From positions 23,127,486 through 23,191,485 of the forward strand of contig CM119267.1 of the NCBI GenBank assembly GCA_051294375.1: a stretch of 64,000 nucleotides of DNA, given 5' to 3'. Source of the DNA: Paraspadella gotoi. Lineage: Eukaryota; Animalia; Chaetognatha. A model generated the notes under the pieces. That model saw only the letters and a list, made by a program, of their open reading frames with translations, did not search any database and had not been told where the DNA came from. Position numbers and translations under genes: made by a program. Shown one piece after another: positions 51,291 to 64,000 of the stretch (within the stretch, counting starts at the first letter, position 1; each line of letters opens with the position of its first letter).

Positions 51291-52885
51291 ACTTCAGTAT
51301 GATTCGGTGAAACAAAAAGCTTCCATCAATTGTTCGATCATTTTGCTTTTCTTTTGCACAAATGGACGCCAGAATCGGATTATCTCCCACAGCCCCCTGC
51401 CCCCCCCCAACTCCTCCCTTCAATTGACTCTTTTACATCTGAGCCAAAAGACAAAAATTAAATATAAGCGAAAATTACTGCGAATTTTGTACTTAATACA
51501 AAAATATGGCCGTATTAATACATAATTCATATTGCATAATGAATAAAGGTGTTTTTGTTTATTTTTTTGTTTTAGATGCACGGGATAGCTTTTAACGAGC
51601 ATGTGCCTTTTTGTCTCTTACACACAAAAAATAGATATTGTTAATCGTTATTAATCTCTAGTTATATATTTTTATTATTGTGTATTTTATTATATCTTGA
51701 AGTCGTTAGCATATAGTTTATGCATCTCGATTATATACTCACTGGCTTTGGAGCTTATGAATCGCCGTTTTCTGAGAAAATGTTTTATGTATCGTTTTTA
51801 TTCGTTGAATAATAAAGAAAATCATACAGATAAAAAACCTCAAGTTTTTGTTTTGTTAATTGATTATATTTACTTCTCAGATATCCCTTACTATGCAGTA
51901 TTTTTTTCGTCACCAATAAAGCAAAACAAAAAAAAACAAAAAAAAAACCACAGCTTTTCTTTTCCGTTTTTTTGTTATTAATAAAAAGTAACTTTTAAAA
52001 AAAAATGAATTTTTTTTGTCGTCACTTACTCGTTCTCACCCACGACCGCATGGTGCGCGCATGTCTCGACGTCCGTCAAGCTTCTCTCCCTTTTCGCCTC
52101 GAGTTTTGAAGAAGAAGAAGAAGAAGAACAACAACAACAAAAGCGAACCAATGAAAAGTAATAAAACCAGCGCTGAACCTCGCGAACAAAAAACCTCGTT
52201 GATTTTATTCATTTCTCTCGAAGCCAACTCCAAGAGTGGACACTGGATTTGACCTGAGATTATTACTTTTACTCCGTGTTAGTTCTTTGCTCCTCTCCTC
52301 TCTTCTCTCTTCTCTTTCCTCTTCTCGAAACATCTCGTCTGTTTTCATTTGAAGAGAAAGAGCGAGAGACAGAGAGTAAACTCCCATCCCCATTTCCTTC
52401 CTTTTCTTTCCTCTTTTTCTCTTAATTTTATTTTCGGACTCGATTGACTCTCACGAAAATGTGACTCTTTCGGTCTCGTTATAAACCTTGACCAACCAAA
52501 TCTCCCGGGACGAAAACACCACAAAGTCGGAATTGTTTTCCTCAAGCCAAAAGAGCCAAGAGTCAAACGCGCGCGAGAGAGAGAGAGGGGGAGGGAGACA
52601 TGGGGCGACGGTGCCCGGGTCGGTTAGAGGGCAATGGATGCGCGGGCGGGGGCGAAAGGGATCATCGTTTCGAATTGCGTGGGTAAAGAAAATTGAGATG
52701 ATTATGAAAACCGTCGAGAAATCGGGTGGATCGAAAAAAGAAAAGCAAAATCCATGACGATCTTGACTAAATAAAAACAAAACAAAAAATAAACTAATTA
52801 CTCGAACAAGAATCTCGTTCTCGAACTACAACAACAACAACAATAAAGACGCAAACTCTCACACCCCCTGACTTCTCTTTCCGTC

Positions 52886-60377
<7,492 letters not shown>

Positions 60378-62293
60378 GATTCCTTCTCTTTTCCTTATTC
60401 TTTATCCATTCCTTTTTTTGCCTTTTTTTTTTCCTTTTTCTATTTTTTTTTTCTATTCCGATCCGAAAACATCAAAAACCGAACCATAGCCAATTCCTTT
60501 TATAAACCTTAAAGACTTATATGCATAATATGCATATTCCGGTCAGTGTTTACATTTGCAAAGATTTACAAGTACTTATTATTAGTTCTTTGTATCGAAA
60601 TTATTTTACTACTTAACAGTATACAATACTAAGCGAACCATGACAAAAATAAAAAACAAAAACAATATTAGCGAATTTTCTCTCCATCCAAAAGTTTTAC
60701 CTAAATTATTATTACTGTTTGTAGTTGCGTAGTTTTTTCTCTCGCCGTCGGCGATTAGACCGACGATTCTAACATGTTCTAATCAATAGCGGCGATGGCA
60801 ACTCATTTTTTGATAAAAAAAAAAGCCTTCTCTACTTTTTAAAATAAAAAAAAACATTATTTTTAGCTGTGACGCATTAAATTTTTTCATGTAACTTAAT
60901 ACATGAACTATAAATATTTTTTTTTAATCGGAACAATTACAAAGCAACGAGGCAATACAAAATTTGTATCATGGCAACTAGATCAATGACGAAAAAAAAA
61001 AATTGGTATTCACTTAAGAATGCTGCATTCCTCCCTCTTTACCGCGCAAGCTAATCTTGAAAATAATTGCACCGCTAAGCACTAAATTGTTCTGTTGTTT
61101 AAGATTTCCGAGTGGCTAAAGAGATTGTAGCAATTCTATTCGTTTGGCCGTTTCGTTAATGTAAAAAAAAGTAGGAAATGTTTAAGTCAACAGACCTGAT
61201 TCATGCTCTTTCTTTGGTTCCTGTATTCCTTTAATTATTGGGTAAAAATATCGATATCCCATTTTCATTTATTCGATTGTAAGGTAACAAAGCAAACATT
61301 ACTACTATCATTTACACCCCTGCCCAGTGCCCTGATTTTTTAATTCTAAAATTTTATTTTGATTAGATCTGCATCCCTGTGTGCACAAATACATATCCAC
61401 TTAAGGATTGTTGTAGTGTTGCTCGATTTGTGTGTCACCATATCTGACTCTAGATAGTTTTCAATAACGTAATTTCATAAATCCTACTATGCAAATTTGC
61501 CAATGTCTTGGATTACCACCCTTTTCATTTTTTTTCCTTTTATCATATGATTTGATAAAACAGATATATATTTCTGGGGGCGGGGAAAATCCGAATTAAA
61601 TGTAATTTTATACATTTAACTTCGCTAATTTTGTTTATGATCTCATCTATTGAAACGTTTTTATTGAAAAAAAAACCTAAAAGTACGAAGATCAAATTAA
61701 AAAAAAATAAAAAACTTCCCAACCACCCATTTCCTTTCCTTATCTGGTCTCGATAATCTTCATCTAGTCCACGCTTAACATGCAAACGAGCGCAGCTTTT
61801 ATGTTCATATGATTACAACGATACAATGACGATTCGCCCTTGACGCGTCGATCAAAAGGAGACGCTATTTAAGAAACGTCAATGACGAAGTCGTCATTCA
61901 TCGTCGACCGCGTCAATATGCGCCGTGCGCATATATTTAAGATCGTTCTTTAGAATTAGTATTCGAGCCTTACGTAAATAAAAAAAAACACAACCTAGCC
62001 GTCCCCCTCCTCCAGGAAAATGACGGGAAAATAACTTAGTCATTATCGTTTTTGTGATTTAGAATTAAAAAAAAACATTAGTTCGTAGGTTTAGTTTGTG
62101 CGTTCAATTCGAGAATTTACAATTATTTTTTAACAACAAAAAAGAAGCGGAAAACCCCTTGACATTACTTGAAATTTTTACCCAATATATTTAATTTCAG
62201 GCATGGGACAAAAACTGATTAGTGCGGCGACTTTTTGCCTTTAAAATTTACAAGAACCGTTGACTTAAAAAGGCGAAAAAAGACAAAGATGCA

Positions 62294-64000
62294 ATGTCTT
62301 CGAGCGCCATGTTATTTTTGACATTTTTTCGTCTCGCAAAACGCGACTCGTCTTTCGCTCGAGCGAATTCATTTCTGACTCGTGCCTTGTCGTCGAGAAT
62401 GGCTTCAAAGGTTGACCGCGCCTTTCGGAGCTCACCCCAATCGGCTCACCATCTCTCTAACAACTCATATTTTCTAAATCCTCGTCTTGCATCCCTCAAC
62501 ATCCTCTTCCTATCCACCTCCGCCCGCCGCGATCGAAAAACATTCAGTCAAAATCAGCGAAGACAGAAAAAGAAAGGCGGCAAGCCATCGGCCACTGTCG
62601 ATGAAGAAGACGACGATAACGACGACGACACGGACGATGACGTTTATGGCGGACAGAGCTTTGTCCAACTGCGCGGACACTTTTCCAATCTCGCCAGCGA
62701 AGAAGGTCACCAAGTCTTTGTTGTACAGCCCGACTTCCGCGTCCCGGAAGAGGTCGTCAAACGTGGAGGAAGTGAGGGGGCATTAATTATAACTGATTTT
62801 TATTAAATCATATTATTGTTCTGTTCAGTTTTTAAAATCATCCTAAAATATTTTAGTTATTCAAGTATGGCACCATAACTTTCTTTAACTTTACCTTTTT
62901 CCTCCCCGCGCCCAGCCGTCCCCACTGTCCCCATAGTGCACCTCCGCGACGAAGCCATGGCTCTAATCGACTCATTCCGTCTCTGGTCACCCGTCGGCGC
63001 CATGTTCGTCGACGTCTTCAAGATCTTCACGGGGTCGTTCCTCGCCAAGGGGCTCGTCCACCAAGTGGCCGCCCGCATCGAGGAAGACCCCTCCGAGATT
63101 AGCGCCGTCTTTCTCAACGTGGAGCGATTGTCGTTTCGCCAGCGAGTATTCCTCGAGGCCGAGTGGAGGCTCCCTGTCTTTGATCGATACACGCTCGTCT
63201 TGAAGATCTTCAGGGAGAGGGCGAGGACGAGGGAGGCTAAGCTACAGGCGAGACTGTAATATTAGTTTGATGACGTTAACTACATAGCTAAATAGTTAAT
63301 TTGCAATTAAACATCCCAGGTCGCCAAGGCGGAGATTCCTTACATGCGCTCCCAGCTTCACGAGTTTAGCCGATCACTTCGCGATCACCCCTCGGCTCAC
63401 AAGGGATCCCGACAGGGATATTCCATGATGGGTGGCGCCGGAGAAACCGCTCTCGAAACGCGGAAACGCCTCCTCGACGATCGAGAGCGAAAGTTACGCC
63501 GGGAGCTGGAGGCGGTGAGGCAACGACGCGAGACGATGCGAGAGCAGCGAAGGTCCATGTTGGACATACCCGTCGTTGCCGTGGTCGGCTACACCAACTG
63601 CGGGAAGACGTCGCTGATCAAAGCGATGACCAACGACGAGCGCATGGAGCCGAAGGTTTTGATTTTCAGCTTCTTTTCTTTATTTTTTTCTACCATTTTC
63701 ACTTTTAATTTATCGTCGTCCTGATTCGCAAACTACCTTCCCAACCCTCTACAGAACCACCTCTTCGCCACCCTCGACGTGACACTCCATCAGACCACCA
63801 CCCCTTCGGGAATTCGTTACCTCCTCGTCGACACCGTGGGTTTCCTCTCCCAACTCCCCGCCCACCTCGTCGCCTCCTTCTCTTCCACCCTCGAGGACGC
63901 CCTAGGGGCCGACCTCATCCTCCATCTCCACGACGTCAGCCATCCTTGTTTCGATGAACACAAGGTCAACGTCGAGGCCACTCTGTCCCGACTCGGGGTC
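62294..64000 (+). CDS. GTPBP6: GTPBP6 / HflX-family mitochondrial GTPase (partial, runs off the window)
   Basis: Arg/Ser/Leu-rich targeting-like N-terminus; PVFDRYTLVLKIFRERARTREAKLQVAKAE, G1 VAVVGYTNCGKTSL, LFATLDVT, G3 DTVGF. Exons ~62294-62771, 62916-63247, 63320-63654, 63754-64000. Confidence 0.93.

Overview
Eukaryotic genomic DNA from an invertebrate animal, probably a protostome (inferred from BCL9/Legless-type motifs and a KCNQ1-class channel; the species cannot be determined from sequence alone). Exons are GC/CpG-rich, introns are AT-rich, and GA/CT microsatellites are abundant. Thirteen protein-coding genes were reconstructed by hand, all on the + strand and most closely spaced: CNIH4 (3' end), a Pro-rich U1/matrin-type zinc-finger gene, TMEM256-like, a C2H2 zinc-finger gene, MAK16, DCAF4-like, SARA/ZFYVE9-16, ATP6V0D, BCL9, an LDLa-TM-PPxY receptor, RACGAP1, KCNQ1 and GTPBP6 (5' part). 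Introns hold several non-autonomous DNA elements: TA-flanked MITEs, a HINE/DINE-like element, and an 8-bp-TSD hAT-like element made of two tandem foldback palindromes. A tRNA-derived SINE-like repeat lies after the LDLa gene. The most notable signals are the fully co-oriented gene array (possible operon/trans-splicing), antisense minimal hammerhead ribozyme motifs inside small hairpin elements, the compound palindromic transposon, and a SARA protein apparently lacking its Smad-binding domain. Exon boundaries were read by eye and may be off by a few bases.
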